Shown here in pieces: positions 1 through 35,234 of a DNA stretch of 64,000 nt. Location of the stretch: NCBI GenBank assembly GCA_020137815.1, contig CM035356.1, positions 7,688,001-7,752,000 of the forward strand, read 5' to 3'. The notes beneath the pieces were generated by a model that saw only the letters and a program-made list of their open reading frames with translations, had not been told where the DNA came from and ran no database searches. Every line of letters begins with the position of its first letter. The stretch's first letter is position 1. The translations under genes were made by a program, and so were the position numbers. The DNA comes from Hormiphora californensis. Its lineage: Eukaryota; Animalia; Ctenophora.

Positions 1-462
1 ATGATCCTCGGATCACTGCACGATACTAGTGACGGCTCTCTCGTGCTGTAATACAGCCGGTGATCAATAACCTGTCGTACAGGCTTGGTCATGTGTGTGG
101 GTGTTGTGTGTGGGTGAAGTGAGTGGGTGATGTCTACAGCAGTTCAGTGCATAATTAAAACATTATCCTTGATACGTGAGCACTGCTGATAATAAGAGCC
201 CTGTCTATACGCCTAATCTGTTCAGATAGCAATAAAACACAAGGATTGTTGCTATCCGAGATTCCTGATATAAAGATACGCCAATTCGAATAGTACTGTG
301 GGTATGTGCCTAGATTAATCGAACTCAGTGGATTCCCTTGGTAACTCCCATGTTAAACAAGGAGATGAAACTGGGGGGTTGGAGTTACCTCATATATCAG
401 TACGGCAAATAATATCTTTGTATCAGAATTCTCAGAATGAACAGTTGGGCTATAGCAGTTGA

Positions 463-3400
463 TCACGTCATATTAATTGTGAATATTTTCTGCCCACAAA
501 ACGCTGCCCAAATGACCCGGGAGTTTACCAGGCATGCGGACATGATGGTTGTTCAGTGTACAGAGAACTGAACGGGACAACCCTCCTCTGTGGAACGTAC
601 ACCTGCCAACATAATAAGTTAAATTATGTCTATGGTGGTAGCTATGGTGAGAAGGTAGCTCACTGTGAACCTAATTACCATTGTGACGGGGACTTGAACA
701 TGATAGGTTGTGATGGTATAAGATGGTGTGATGGGGTATGTGGTAGTTGGTGGAACTGTGAAGATGAGTCATACTGTAACGGTGTTCAGTATGGTGTACA
801 GTGTGGGGACAAATGGGTGCGTCCTCGCTTGATGTGTGATGGCTATTCAGATTGTCCCAATGGAGAAGATGAAATTGGGTGCTTCAATTGGACTACTGCT
901 GACCATACCACATGTATTACTAAGCGGGGGACTAAACAACGTATCAAGATCCAGCAAAGTATGCGGTGCTTCAGGCCAAAATATTCAATATGTACCAATC
1001 GGCAGGATCATACCAACTGCAGTGATCCTGATAGAGTTGCAATGCAGTGTCTGTCAGAGGGATACCCAACAAACATTTCCATCTGGGGATACTGTGAGGG
1101 ATATGAAGATCTTTGTGATGATAATTACAATAATAAGTGCTTAGAACCTGAACTGGGGTGTACTATCCATAAAGGACAAAAGTGTGATGGACACGTTGAT
1201 TGTAAATTTAAAACAGACGAAATCTGCACAAGTCTCACTAACATTAGTTGTGTTCGAACATTCCGATCACAGCACATGGAAAGGAATACTCCACTCAGGA
1301 TACCATTGGAATGGGTTATGGACGACCAGATTGATTGCCTGGATGGGACAGATGAAGATCCAGACCAATGGAAAAAGTGTGTATCAGGAAACATCACCCA
1401 TTACATAGATCCCGAATCGGATTGTCAGCAGGTCCTCCTATGCCCGTCAGGAGACAAATTTGGGAAATTTATAGATCTTGCTAAACTTTGCGATGGAGTT
1501 AAAACGTGTTCTATTGAAAACGAACTTTGTGCAGCGGTCAATAATTTTGGAATTGAAGGAGTTGCTCGCACCGCTCGTATTACAAATAATGGTCAGCGGA
1601 TACTGCTACCTTGCGTATCGGGAGGAAGTGAGAACTCATCAAGCCAACTGACTAACTGTACGACGATAGAACACAAGACCGGACTCGCACAAACAGTTCT
1701 TGATGTCCAGAAACCTGTGATGATCATACTACCCAAAGAAAGGATAAACTGTTCACATTTGTATGGAGAAAACTATGTGTATGCGGCATGCAACAAACGT
1801 TGTCTGGATGCTGAATGCCCTCTCATCGATGTACCTGGAGACACTTGTCACAACAAAGTTGAATACAGAGTCCGAGCTCTCACAAAGAATAACACGCTAA
1901 CAACCTTGCTGAAAATCGAAAACGGTACAGAATCTCACAAGTACGACAAACAGATTTTCCCATGCGTCAACAAAAATTGTGTCCGATATGCAGAAGTATG
2001 TGACCTTAAAGACGACTGCGGGGATGGTTCTGATGAGAAAAACTGTGAAAACAATTTTAAATGCAGCTCTAGTTATACTTATCTGAACTTGTCACAAGTG
2101 TGCAATGGAGTGGTGAGTTGTAGGGACTACTCTGACGAATGCCAGCCTCAATGCCCACCAAGCAACAAAAACATCTTTGCAAACAACCACCTACGGACTG
2201 CCAGCTACATGATGGGAGCCATGTCAACGGTGCTTAACATTGTTTCTCTTGTGAGATCAGGTTCTAAGCTTACCCAACAAGAAACATATGAAATGTTTCT
2301 AAACCAATTAACCATCCTTATGATCAATCTCGGAGACTTGTTCATAGGAGTTTATCTCATTACAATATCATACTTTGACTACATCAAATCTGATGGTAGT
2401 TATTGTCGGAATCGGCATTTTTGGTTCAGTTCTACGGAGTGCTCCTTCCTTGGGGTTCTGAGCACCACTGGATCTCAACTTTCTCTGTTTGCAATGACAG
2501 TCCTGGGAGTTACTAGAGTTACTAACGTGGGGAACCTAGTCCTTCGAGACTGCCAAACCTTCAAGTCCACAGTTAAACTAGGATTACTTGCAGCCGGCCC
2601 GATCTTGGCAAGCTTGTTGGTAGCCATTACCCCAGTTTTACCCATATTTGAGGACTACTTTGTCAACGGCCTATACTATGGAAATTCTCCGTTATTTGTC
2701 GGGCCTGTTGACAAGCCCCGGCATTTTGCAGCTTTTCGGGTGTATTTTGGTGAAAAATCCAGTTCATGGAGTAACGAATCATCTTGGGGAGAGATAAGAT
2801 TGGCAGTTGCTAAAATGTTCTCAAGTGACTCTAAAATAAAAGGTAAAATCATTAGAACAGTTCCAAGACCATTGCACCATTGAATGAAAAGTTACACCCA
2901 CACGGGTTGACAATTGACTGCGTTTCTGGCGGCGCTTTTTGAGGGGGGGGGGGGGGGGGGCAGTGATAAACTGTCACACCAAGTGTGTTTAGGGTCTAAC
3001 AACTCCCATTACATACCGGATATTTGTTTTCAGAGATGAAAGGCGATACTGTTCACTTCTACGGCAACGACGGTGTTTGTATCTTCAAGTACCTAGTGAG
3101 AAGAGATGATCCACAGTGGATCTTCTCAAGCTCTGTCCTGCTGATGAATTGCCTTTGTTTCCTGTTCATCTCCATCAGTTACATTCTCATTGGCTACAAA
3201 ATAAACTTGTCAGGTAGGGGACCAACCAATAATATTTGCAAAACAAACTGCTAGAATTGGTTTGTTTTAATAAGATTAATTTTTTAAGAATTTTTCTCAT
3301 CAATGGACAACTACTATGCCCCCTCGCTTTATGAACCAATTAAAATCGTTCTTGGTTTCATTGTTCACACCAATGGTGTTGGCGGGTGTGACATGACATC

Positions 3401-4041
3401 AAAGACGCTCATTTACTCATTTAGACGTTTCGGCTGTACCGAGTTTGAAACTTTCATCAACTACAACGTAAAACTATTTATTGAGCATTATTGATAATGG
3501 CCGTACAGCCGGAACGTCTAAATGAGCGTCTTTGATGTCATGTCACACCCGCCAACACCATTGGTGTGAACAATGAAACCAAGAATTACTACCCCACCAG
3601 CCTCCACCATCTCCAAACAATTAAAATCGGTTATTGGTCAATTTAACAAATTATTTTTTCTCAGGCAGGAACAGCGGCCGTGCTGGTGGAAACGATCGGG
3701 TGCTGCAAATAAAAATCATGGCCATCATCGTAACGGATTTCTTTTGCTGGATCCCTCTGGGTGTTGTGGCTTTCCTACATCTAGCAGAAGAGATTGATGC
3801 CACGAGCTGGTATCCATTTTTCTCCATCTTGATTCTGCCGATCAATTCTGTCATCAACCCTTTCCTTTACGAGTCGAACTTCTACTTGAGGATCTTTAGT
3901 GCCACTGCGAGGTTCCCAGTCAGGGTTGCACGACGAATCTGGTCGTTCATCCAGGTTAGGGAGTGGGACTTTCTGAGAATTCCGGATGTCATGGAAACGG
4001 TGGCATCTGGCGCTTCTGGTACTGCAACCACTGCGGTCTAG
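463..4041 (+). CDS. LDLa-repeat-containing class A GPCR (GRL101/RXFP-like, no LRRs); 5' end not resolved
   Basis: Frame open from 463. Exons 463/556-2842, 3034-3213 and 3665-4041 are joined by phase-1 GT-AG introns. Several LDLa motifs (CDGYSDCPNGEDE, CDLKDDCGDGSDE) precede a 7TM domain with NLGDLFIG (TM2), FYGNDGVC (ECL2), TDFFCWIP (TM6) and NSVINPFLY (TM7). Confidence 0.9.
3349..3585. mobile_element. Short foldback/MITE in GPCR intron
   Basis: ~85-90 bp inverted arms (ttcttggtttcattgttcacaccaatgg... / ...ccattggtgtgaacaatgaaaccaagaa) around a unique spacer. A related right-end/flank fragment recurs at ~49606-49650. Confidence 0.75.
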
Positions 4042-4603
4042 GGAACTACCCGATGTGACTGGATAGCTTATAAGACGAATTACAGACGACATGTTAGACG
4101 AAACCATACAACTGATAGGAAAGTCATTGAGTGACAACAGGGGGGATCTAGATAAAATTGTGATTCTGGATACAGATATTGATCATGAGAAAAGATATTG
4201 TTTTGATTAATTATAGAACTGACAAGTGACAGTGTCTGCAGTTTGTTTTCATCAATCCGTGAACAAAAATGAAATGTTTGGTTTTGAAAAGAATGTTGGT
4301 TTTTGAAGTGCGAAATGTTATTTGAAGTGTGAAATATGTTATTTGAAGTGCGAAATGTTATTTCTTTATCTTTACTTTTTTCTCAAAATAATTTTATTTC
4401 GCGTCAGCGGTCTAATTTGGATAGAATATCCCAGTATCACAAGAATTGGAGGGAGGGGAGGCCGGGCCCCGGGGTGGGAGGGGAGGCCACATATTTTTTG
4501 CTAAAGAGTGGTAATAAAGCTGCTAACAGTTGGAAGAATTGAGAATGTAGAGGAGAATGGGCTGAGTCAAATGGGTCCCAGCTTGCTGTGTCAACTGTGT
4601 CAC

Positions 4604-4711
4604 TTGCTATCCTGGTTACTATCCTGGTTACTATCCTGGTTACTATCCTGGTTACTATCCTGGTTGCTATCCTGGTTGCTATCCTGGTTACTATCTTGGT
4701 TGCTATCCTGG
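4604..4711. repeat. 12-bp tandem repeat (ttactatcctgg), ~9 copies
   Basis: Directly visible; produces the spurious (LLSW)n ORF. Confidence 0.95.
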
Positions 4712-5097
4712 ATATATATGAGACGGAAGCAGTACCTAATCACCCTGTTTTGTAGGGTCATACAGGTTGTCTCACATGTTTAAACGACTCTAATTAGATA
4801 ACTACAAAAGATAGAAACTATCTGAAAGTTGAGACTGCAAATTTGGAAGATTATCCATGTCCACACAAGAAGTTTCATAGCCACAACCCTTCATATAAGG
4901 GCTGTGTTCAGATCCTCCTTTTTGTCACTTTAAAACGTCTTTTTTGACTGTTTTTCGGTGATTGGATTGTCAGAACATCACCCAAATGGCTACAGACACT
5001 TTTGGGCATGCATTAGTGAACTTAAAACCGGTTTCAAGATGATCCAAGCACTCCTTCCGTGGGCACGACCGCGCACCAATAGTGGTCCTGACTAAAT

Positions 5098-5607
5098 CCA
5101 CTCAACCGTTTTGGTTAATTCAAAGTTTATCTGGTAGGAAATGTCAAGGCCTAACCCCACCATAAACCCCAGCCCTAACCCTGACCCTACTTTAGCCCTA
5201 ACCCTGAAAGACAGTTTGGCAGCATTCCAACACGCTGGCTTTATAAATCTTTCCACCGCGTTTTTAAACTTGAAACAGGGCCAGGGCCGGGTTTTATTTG
5301 TACGCCGCGCACTACGATATATTCTGTCACGGCGCATTAATGCGTTTTACGCTGCCATTGAGCGCCGCGCGTCCTTGAAAGAGTGATATTTTTTTAAACC
5401 AGCCTTTTTCAAATTAAATTGTCCACCTGCTTCCTTAATCTTTGGCCAGCGTTAAAATCTGGAATCTGGATGTTTTGGGAGTGCTGACAAACGGTTTTTA
5501 GGGTTAGGGCTAAAGTAGGGTTAGGGTTAGGGTTGGGGTTTGGGTTGGGGTTAGGCCTTGACATTCCCTACCAGATAAACTTTGAATCAGCCAAAACGGT
5601 TGAGTGG
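5098..5607. mobile_element. Inverted-repeat element with telomere-like (CCCTAA/TTAGGG) tracts in its arms; may extend to ~4896-5701
   Basis: Left arm ccactcaaccgttttgg...ccctaaccctga is mirrored by right arm tagggttagggc...ccaaaacggttgagtgg. Confidence 0.75.
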
Positions 5608-6867
5608 TTTGGCGGTTAGAGCCATTTTAGTGAATCAACTTTTTTGGTAGCGCGCACCTGTAAACAGGCCTCAAAAAACCCAGATCGTAACGGCGCCCTT
5701 AATCTTTAATCTTGCTTAAAAGTTGAATTATTCGTACTTGTGTCTCCAGAATTAATTTATTATATCCTTGTGTCTCCAGGGACGGCGCTCGGCCTTCGGC
5801 AAGTGCTCGGGCGTCCGGGGCCAGGGGCGGTAGCCTCGGCCAGGGGTGTGTGGGTGGTGGAAACGGTTTCCAGGAAACCCCTACGAGTATGGTCCAGGGG
5901 CGCAGCCCCAATGGGGGTGTAGTGTGTACCGTGTAGGGTGTAGGGGCGAAGCTCGTTATCTTGTTATATTCTAGGTGTACAAAATACACAGGTGTCAGCT
6001 TCTCACAGAGCCTCCCTTCCCTGGAAACTATCCGTTTCTAGTCCAAGATTGAATTGTTGTTTTGTTTGGGGTATCCAAGAGGCGAGAACCGGTGGCCGAT
6101 CAGCGATCTGGAAATTTCTCCACCCATATTTCATTCCTTCAGTAGTACCTTGAACGACGGTAGCTCTTCTGCTAAGTTCACTTTACTGGGTAATATAATG
6201 TGTAATATAATGTGTTTCATGGTCTAGTCGCTTTACAGATGAACGAGTTGTGGTACTTTGTCGCGACTGACTTTTGAGTGGTATTGGGACAGGATTTCCA
6301 CTCCCCCCGCTTTGTTGTAAAAGCTGGTTTTTGGGAGCTTTTTAATGATGCTACAGCGTTCTCTACAGCGTTCTCTATAGCGTAGTTATTTTCAGAAAAA
6401 TTCCCCCCTCCCCGATTTTGGGAATTAACGATATTTCACCACATTTTACCGGGCAAAACCCTTTCCACCGAGCATCCCGGTAAATCGGGGTCCGACTGTA
6501 TTCAGTTTTCTACTGATAAGGAACATAATGACATCAACTGTTCAACTTCTTTTTATTGCTACTGATAACACATATTCTATGACTGACAACAATCATATTA
6601 GTAACAACACCGTTTTTGTGAACTTGTCAACCAGGGATAATCAGTATTCGAGAAACCGTATAGTATTGTTAGTTGAAGGCATTTCAAGTCGTCGAGGACG
6701 TGGTCTTTTGCTTTTACATGTGACAGCTATAACAATATTGACATGACATATCCTCACAAGTTATAACATTTAACAGTTTTGACAAGGTGCACTGATATCC
6801 GAGGGAACCACCTTACCATATTGAATATCTTGGTCATCTCATCATTAACTCTATACTATAAGGTACC

Positions 6868-13894
<7,027 letters not shown>

Positions 13895-14603
13895 GAGGTA
13901 ATCAGAGGATTCTGGATCACTAAACAAAGAGGTAACCGAGAGGTAACCGAGAGGTAATCGAGAGGTAACAAACCAGAGCTGGATCTCAAATATACTATGA
14001 AGATTTCAAATGTTAAAGTTATCAAGATATGGGTTTTTTCAAGATATAATATGGGTTTTTTCAAGATATAATATGGGTTTTTCAACTGCTGGCGGTATAA
14101 GCATGAAGCATGCTAGGGGTGAACTGCTGATTGAATGTTTTTCCGAGATTTATAATGGAACGGGGTTTCACAAAAAAACACTGTTTTTATGAATGCGATA
14201 TATTTACTTTTTATGTACACACAAAATATATATTTCAAAATCACACACTTTTTGAGTTGAATGGTCCAGTTTAAGTTATGTTAATTTTTTGCATGTGTAT
14301 TGAGATTTTGCATGATTGTTTATGTGTATCTGTATATGTATTCTGTATTGCTCGAAGTTCAAGCATTGAACGGGCATTTTGAAAGAGAGAATTATTAGAG
14401 ATTCATTGCGTGTGTGTAAAAATCTTGAAATGTGCTATATTTACCATTCACTGTGTGTAACTTTTTGGTCGAAATAGAGAAAATGAGGCCGTATTTTTAA
14501 CTTGATCTACCCTGCTTTCTCTCTCCCTCTCTCTCCCTCTCTCTCTATCTCTTTCTGTCTCCCCTCTCTCTTTCTTTCTCTATTCCTCCGCCAGTCTGTA
14601 GCT

Positions 14604-14752
<149 letters not shown>

Positions 14753-14797
14753 GACAATCGGCTTTGTTGTTAGAAAACAAAATTAGTCGTCATTTCT

Positions 14798-30100
<15,303 letters not shown>

Positions 30101-30192
30101 TTTCTGTATCGAGTGTGTATTTGGGAAGTTTTTAAAGCTATTGTGATCTCCACGACTCGATCATGTGACACACTCTGTGTTACTAACACAGT

Positions 30193-30532
30193 GCTAGCTA
30201 GTGTCTGCTCCTTCATAAATCTTTTATCTCACACTCTCTGGTAGCTAGTGTCTGCTCCTTCATAAATCTTTTATCTCACATTCTCTGCTAGCTAGTGTCT
30301 GCTCCTTCATAAATCTTTTATCTCGCACTCTGTTAGCTAGTGTCTGCTCCTTCATAAATCTTTTATCTCACATTCTCTGCTAGCTAGTGTCTGCTCCTTC
30401 ATAAATCTTTTATCTCACACTCTCTGTTAGCTAGTGTCTGCTCCTTCATAAATCTTTTATCTCACACTCTCTGCTAGCTAGTGTCTGCTCCTTCATAAAT
30501 CTTTTATCTCACACTGTGTTAGCTAGTGTCTG
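30193..30532. repeat. ~47-bp tandem repeat (gctagctagtgtctgctccttcataaatcttttatctcacactctct), ~7 copies
   Basis: Directly visible. Confidence 0.95.
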
Positions 30533-30759
30533 CAAACCTAGTGTTTGATCTAGCAATTAGTCGCTCTTGATTGCCTTCAATCTAAATGTACTAATTGAAT
30601 GGGGGGTTGGATTTAAAAAATGTTTTAATATATAACACCACGACCGGACAGCTCCTTCCTTCTTCCGCTGCACTGTCTCAGGCTGTGTAGAATGAATGGG
30701 GTTTAAAAATACGGATCGTTTATTTGTATGTGTGCGACAGCTGCTCACAGCAGTTTGCT

Positions 30760-30962
30760 GCCCTCTCATTGGTTGGCTAGGTACCACGTGACACAATGCA
30801 GCCCTCCCATTGGCTCACCCGTCCAGTATTCCTATACTCATTTCTTAATAAAGCAAATTAAGGCACCCACGTGCAGACCACGTGGTACCAGCCCTGCTTA
30901 TGACTTGAAGTGTCACGTGGTTACCTACTCACACTTGATTGGGCTATGTGTGTGCACGTGCT
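30760..30962. promoter_or_regulatory. Putative promoter: cluster of E-boxes and CCAAT boxes upstream of the minus-strand gene
   Basis: CACGTG at 30785, 30868, 30879, 30914 and 30955; ATTGG at 30768, 30809 and 30938. Confidence 0.4.
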
Positions 30963-31589
30963 AGTGTCATGTGCTCCGTGTGTAGCTCTCGGGGATGGTG
31001 TGTGTATGTGTGTCGCTGTATGGGTGTGTGTTTGTATGTATGTTTGACGCAAGGCGCTGGGGAGCTCCCCCCGCCCCACGACGGGGCCAATCATTCCTTG
31101 TTATATATTGCATTTTTAAATGCTATTCAATTTTTAAACCAGCGTTGAAGCTGGATTTCTTATTCTTCTTTTTTAAATTTTTTTTTTCTCTTTCTTATTC
31201 CCTTTCTCTTCTTGTTTTTCCCTTTTTTATCTTTTCCCTTCTCTTCTTATTTTTCCCTTTTCGTTCTTCCTCTTTTTCTTTCCTCTCTAGCTCCTCTTCG
31301 CATAGTACTTTGTATCATATTTTTAATTAGTGATGCAATGTGTTTAAGTTTGTGACATCGATGAGATAACAAGAGTAGTCAGAGATTGAATGAATAGAGA
31401 GAGTGTTGAAAAGAAGTAAGGATGGAGAAGAAAGACAGTGAGGACAGAGAGGGAAGAGGAGAGAAAGAAGAGAGAGACAGAGAGAGAAGAGTGCCGAGAT
31501 GAATAGGAATAGAGCAGGTGAGAGAATAGCGAGAAGACGGAAGGAGAAATGGAAAGGAAGAAGGGGTGCGAAGAGGAGAGATTACTTAG

Positions 31590-32072
31590 GGAAGGGGGGA
31601 AGGGAAGGAAGGGAAGGGAAGGAAGGAAGGGAAGGGAAGGGAAGGCGAAGGGAGGGAAGGGAAGGAAGGGGAAGGAGGAAGGGAAGGGGAAGGCGAAGGA
31701 AGGGAAGTGAAGGAAGGGACGGGAAGGGAAGGGGAAGGCGAAGGTAGAAGGAGTGGAAGGGAAGGGAAGGGACAGGGACGGGAGTGAAGGGCAGGGATGA
31801 GGAGGGAAGGGAAGGGAAGGGCAGGGAAGGCAGGGAAGAGGGATAGGAAGGGAGGGAATGGAAGGGGAATGGGAAGGGAGGAATGGGAAGGGGAAGGTAA
31901 GGGAAGGCAAGGGAGTAAGGGGAAGGGAAGGGAAGGGAGGGAAGGAAGGGCCGTTTACAGAAGGATGGGTGCAGTAGTTCCTTTCCTTTTACTTCCGTCC
32001 TTTCCCTTTCCTTACTTTCCTTTCGTCCTTTCCTTTCCTTTCCTTTCCTTTCCTTTCCTTTCCTTTCCTTTC
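31590..32072. repeat. (GGGAA/GGAA)n purine tract followed by (TTTCC)n pyrimidine tract
   Basis: Directly visible low-complexity tracts. Confidence 0.85.
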
Positions 32073-32775
32073 CATCGACTGCCCAATAGGTCGTTCTTCT
32101 TCCAACGGCAAGCCCACAAGGGCACTGGAGAAGAGCACCCCCTCCAAATCGCCTGGAACTACCATCCAGAAGTTTCCATTAAAATGGGAGCGTAGAAGGA
32201 GAACTTCTCTCTAATTCGAGGGTCGTTTGTAAACCCTTTTTCAATATTCATCCGTCCGGCGTCAATTTCCCCTGCACTACACCAGTAGCAACACAATATC
32301 ATGAGCTGGCTTACTTCTCACAGCACATATATTTTGTACTGACGTCTGTTGGTTTTTGGTAATATCCATGTATGTTTGTCAAGTATACATTTGTTAGGCA
32401 GCTTTAGATAAAGCATTTGATTTGATGAGAGCGGTTGCCATGGGCGTGAACCCCTGATGGAGACCCTACGCACAGGTTCAATCACTTAGTGATATCAGCA
32501 TCGATAGTGATGCCATTACTAGCGGTGCTGATGGCCATGAATGAACGAAGGCAGGTAGATAAAGCATGATCCGTCTACAATTTATCGAGATTTGGAGGGT
32601 ATTTGCCATGGGTATTTGCCATGTTCGACCCTCTTTCTTTGCGCCCCGCTACGGTGTGTCTCGTTCAACTACATTGTTCTTTATCGCTCCAATGCGTCCA
32701 TTGGTGACTCGTGTGGCTGTGTGATGATATCTCATTCTAGACCCTAGTAGGCACATCTGAGTCTTAGGGACCAAC

Positions 32776-33068
32776 TTACCAAATGTACCCGGGTATCTTT
32801 ACCAAAAGTATTGATCGGGTGTGTTTACCAAAAGTACCTGGGTGTGTTTACCAAAAGTACCCGGGCACTTCTACCAAAACTACCCGGGTATTTTTACCAA
32901 AAGTACACGGGTATTTTTTACCAAAAGTACTGATCGGGTGTGTTTACCAAAAGTACCCGAGTATGTTTACCAAAAGTACCCGGGCACTTCTACCAAAAGT
33001 ACCGTACCCGGGTATTTTTACCAAAAGTACTGATCGGGTATGTTTACCAAAAGTACCCGGGTATTTTT
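32776..33068. repeat. ~23-bp degenerate tandem repeat (ttaccaaaagtacccgggt), possibly subterminal repeats of a CAC-ended transposon
   Basis: Directly visible; ends at ttccctgcctgggtg. Confidence 0.8.
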
Positions 33069-35203
33069 TCCCTGCCTGGGTGAATGCTGAAGGCATTCAC
33101 CCGGATGCCTTTTTGCTTTGCAAAAAGGCATGGCAGGGTTAGAATTCGAAAATGACATATGAACTATGAACGTTTGTAGCTTGGCGCGTTATCAAGTTGG
33201 CTGTCGCCAGCGCGAGATAGCCAACTGGAGTTTAATCGCCCGGCAGGGCGATTAAACTGGTTTAAATCACGACCCCGAACCCGAGGCGTAGCCGAGGGTG
33301 AGGGGGAGGCGATTTAAACCTATAACGTGACAAGCTAACAAACTTTCATAGTTTATGAAACCCGATAGCAATTTCACACTAACAAGAGACACAACACAAG
33401 GTAAAACACACAAGGAGTACTGGAAAATAGTCAACAGACGTCGCCAAACTATGTGTAGACTAACTGGCACCTAGTTGCAACTGTTCCTAACATATTTGAG
33501 TAAGAGAGAGCAAGATTGGGGCTAATACACACAGTGAGAGATATTGAACAGTAAAAGAGAGAATGAGAGAGAGAAGAGATAGGAATGCGATTCTTTTGAC
33601 TTTTTATGAGAGAGATAAGTAACATTGAAAAGTGTTGCAGATGTGTTCCCGTCTCTGTTATTGACAGAACTGTGTGTTTACACACATTTTAATTACTCTG
33701 AATTTTACACGCATGTTATTCAAATGAAGAGAAATGCGTGAAAAAGAGAGCGGGACTGTTAAATCGCGAGCAGGGTGATAAATCCCCCAGCTAGCAGTTA
33801 TCATGAGCGCGCAAAATTTTCAAACGACTGTTAAATCAGCTATCGGGTTTCATATTTGAATACTAACTAAATCGGTAGACGGATAATTCGTAACTGCTCC
33901 TTCATAAACCACTTCATTGACACGTTTTCATGAAATTTGTGGTGTAAATGCAACTTTCCTGAGCCGCGCCTGGATACCATTCCTTGGAACGGTATCCAGG
34001 CGCTTCACACGGCAGGGAAATTCTAGAAGAAAACTCTTCGCCGCTAAAAGGGCACTGTTGTGTGTATAATTTTCTTGGGTGTGTGTGTGTGCGTGGTAGA
34101 CAAGCTAATGTAATTTCATTGAAGTTTAGCTAGTGTACATTGTAAAGTCATAAAAGAGACATCTGATTATGCCATAAACTAGATTTAAAAATTAAATGAC
34201 TGGTTGAATGTGACAGCTGATCCACTTTTGACACTTGACATATTCTTCACCACCTTCCATTGTTTACTTACGAATTGTTCCCGTAAACGGTTTTAGGTTT
34301 GAAATTTTGAAAGTCTCACTTTTTAACAGGTCATACTCTCTTACTTTACGTCGTCATGTATGATTTCTTATGCCATCTTCACGTTAAAATGGGCATGAGT
34401 TTCTTGGTTTCGACGTGTTAGAAATGGTAAACTATTTGAATTGGGATCATATTTTCTAATCGTACATCGTAATGTATCCTTTGTGCATTGAACCCTGCAT
34501 CTGTCTGAGCGATGAAAGCAAAGCTTGAAAAATCTGATTAGGTTCGATGTATGTAGCTACAGTCGGAGCCCGATTTACCAGACAAAGAATGGAAAAAGGG
34601 AGAGAAAAGAAGGGGGAAGAAAGGGAATTTTGGGGAAGACAAGAAAAAGAGGAAAAGAAAAGAGGAGAGAGAGAGAGAGACGAAAGAGAAAGGAGAGAGG
34701 AAGAAAAAGAGAGAGAAGAGAGAGAGAGAGAGAGAGGGGAGAGAAAAAAAAAAAAAAAAAAAAAAATTAGAAAGATTATAACCTAAACTATTTTTTTTAA
34801 GTGTGGGGGTGGGTGGGGGGGGTTGGGTTGGGTGGGGTGGGGGGTGGGGGGGGGGGGGTGGTTTGGTGTGGGTGTGTGTGTGTGTTGTGTTGGGTGTGGT
34901 GCGTGTTTTGTCGTTGGGGGGAAACCCGGAAAAAAAACAGTTTTTGTCGGCTTTATAAAACGAGAACGTGGTAGGGGGTGAATCACGTGAAAATACCCCG
35001 GATCAGGATTCCCCTGTCACATGATAGAAAGAGTGAATTACGCGATATCTCGTGGATGTGTGTTGATTGACACGTGGTCCAGGGTTCCATTTTGGAAATT
35101 GGCTCTGTTACCATCCAAACACACACAAATAGAATCAAAAACCCCTTTTCTGCTCTTTATCATCCATATCTTTCTATATCTCTATCTCTACTCTCTATAT
35201 ATA

Positions 35204-35234
<31 letters not shown>

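Noticed and set aside
30193-30532. Possible CRISPR array
   Set aside because: Plain tandem repeat with no variable spacers.
31590-32072. Purine tract followed by complementary pyrimidine tract as a triplex/hairpin switch
   Set aside because: Simple repeats in a low-quality region; no evidence of function.
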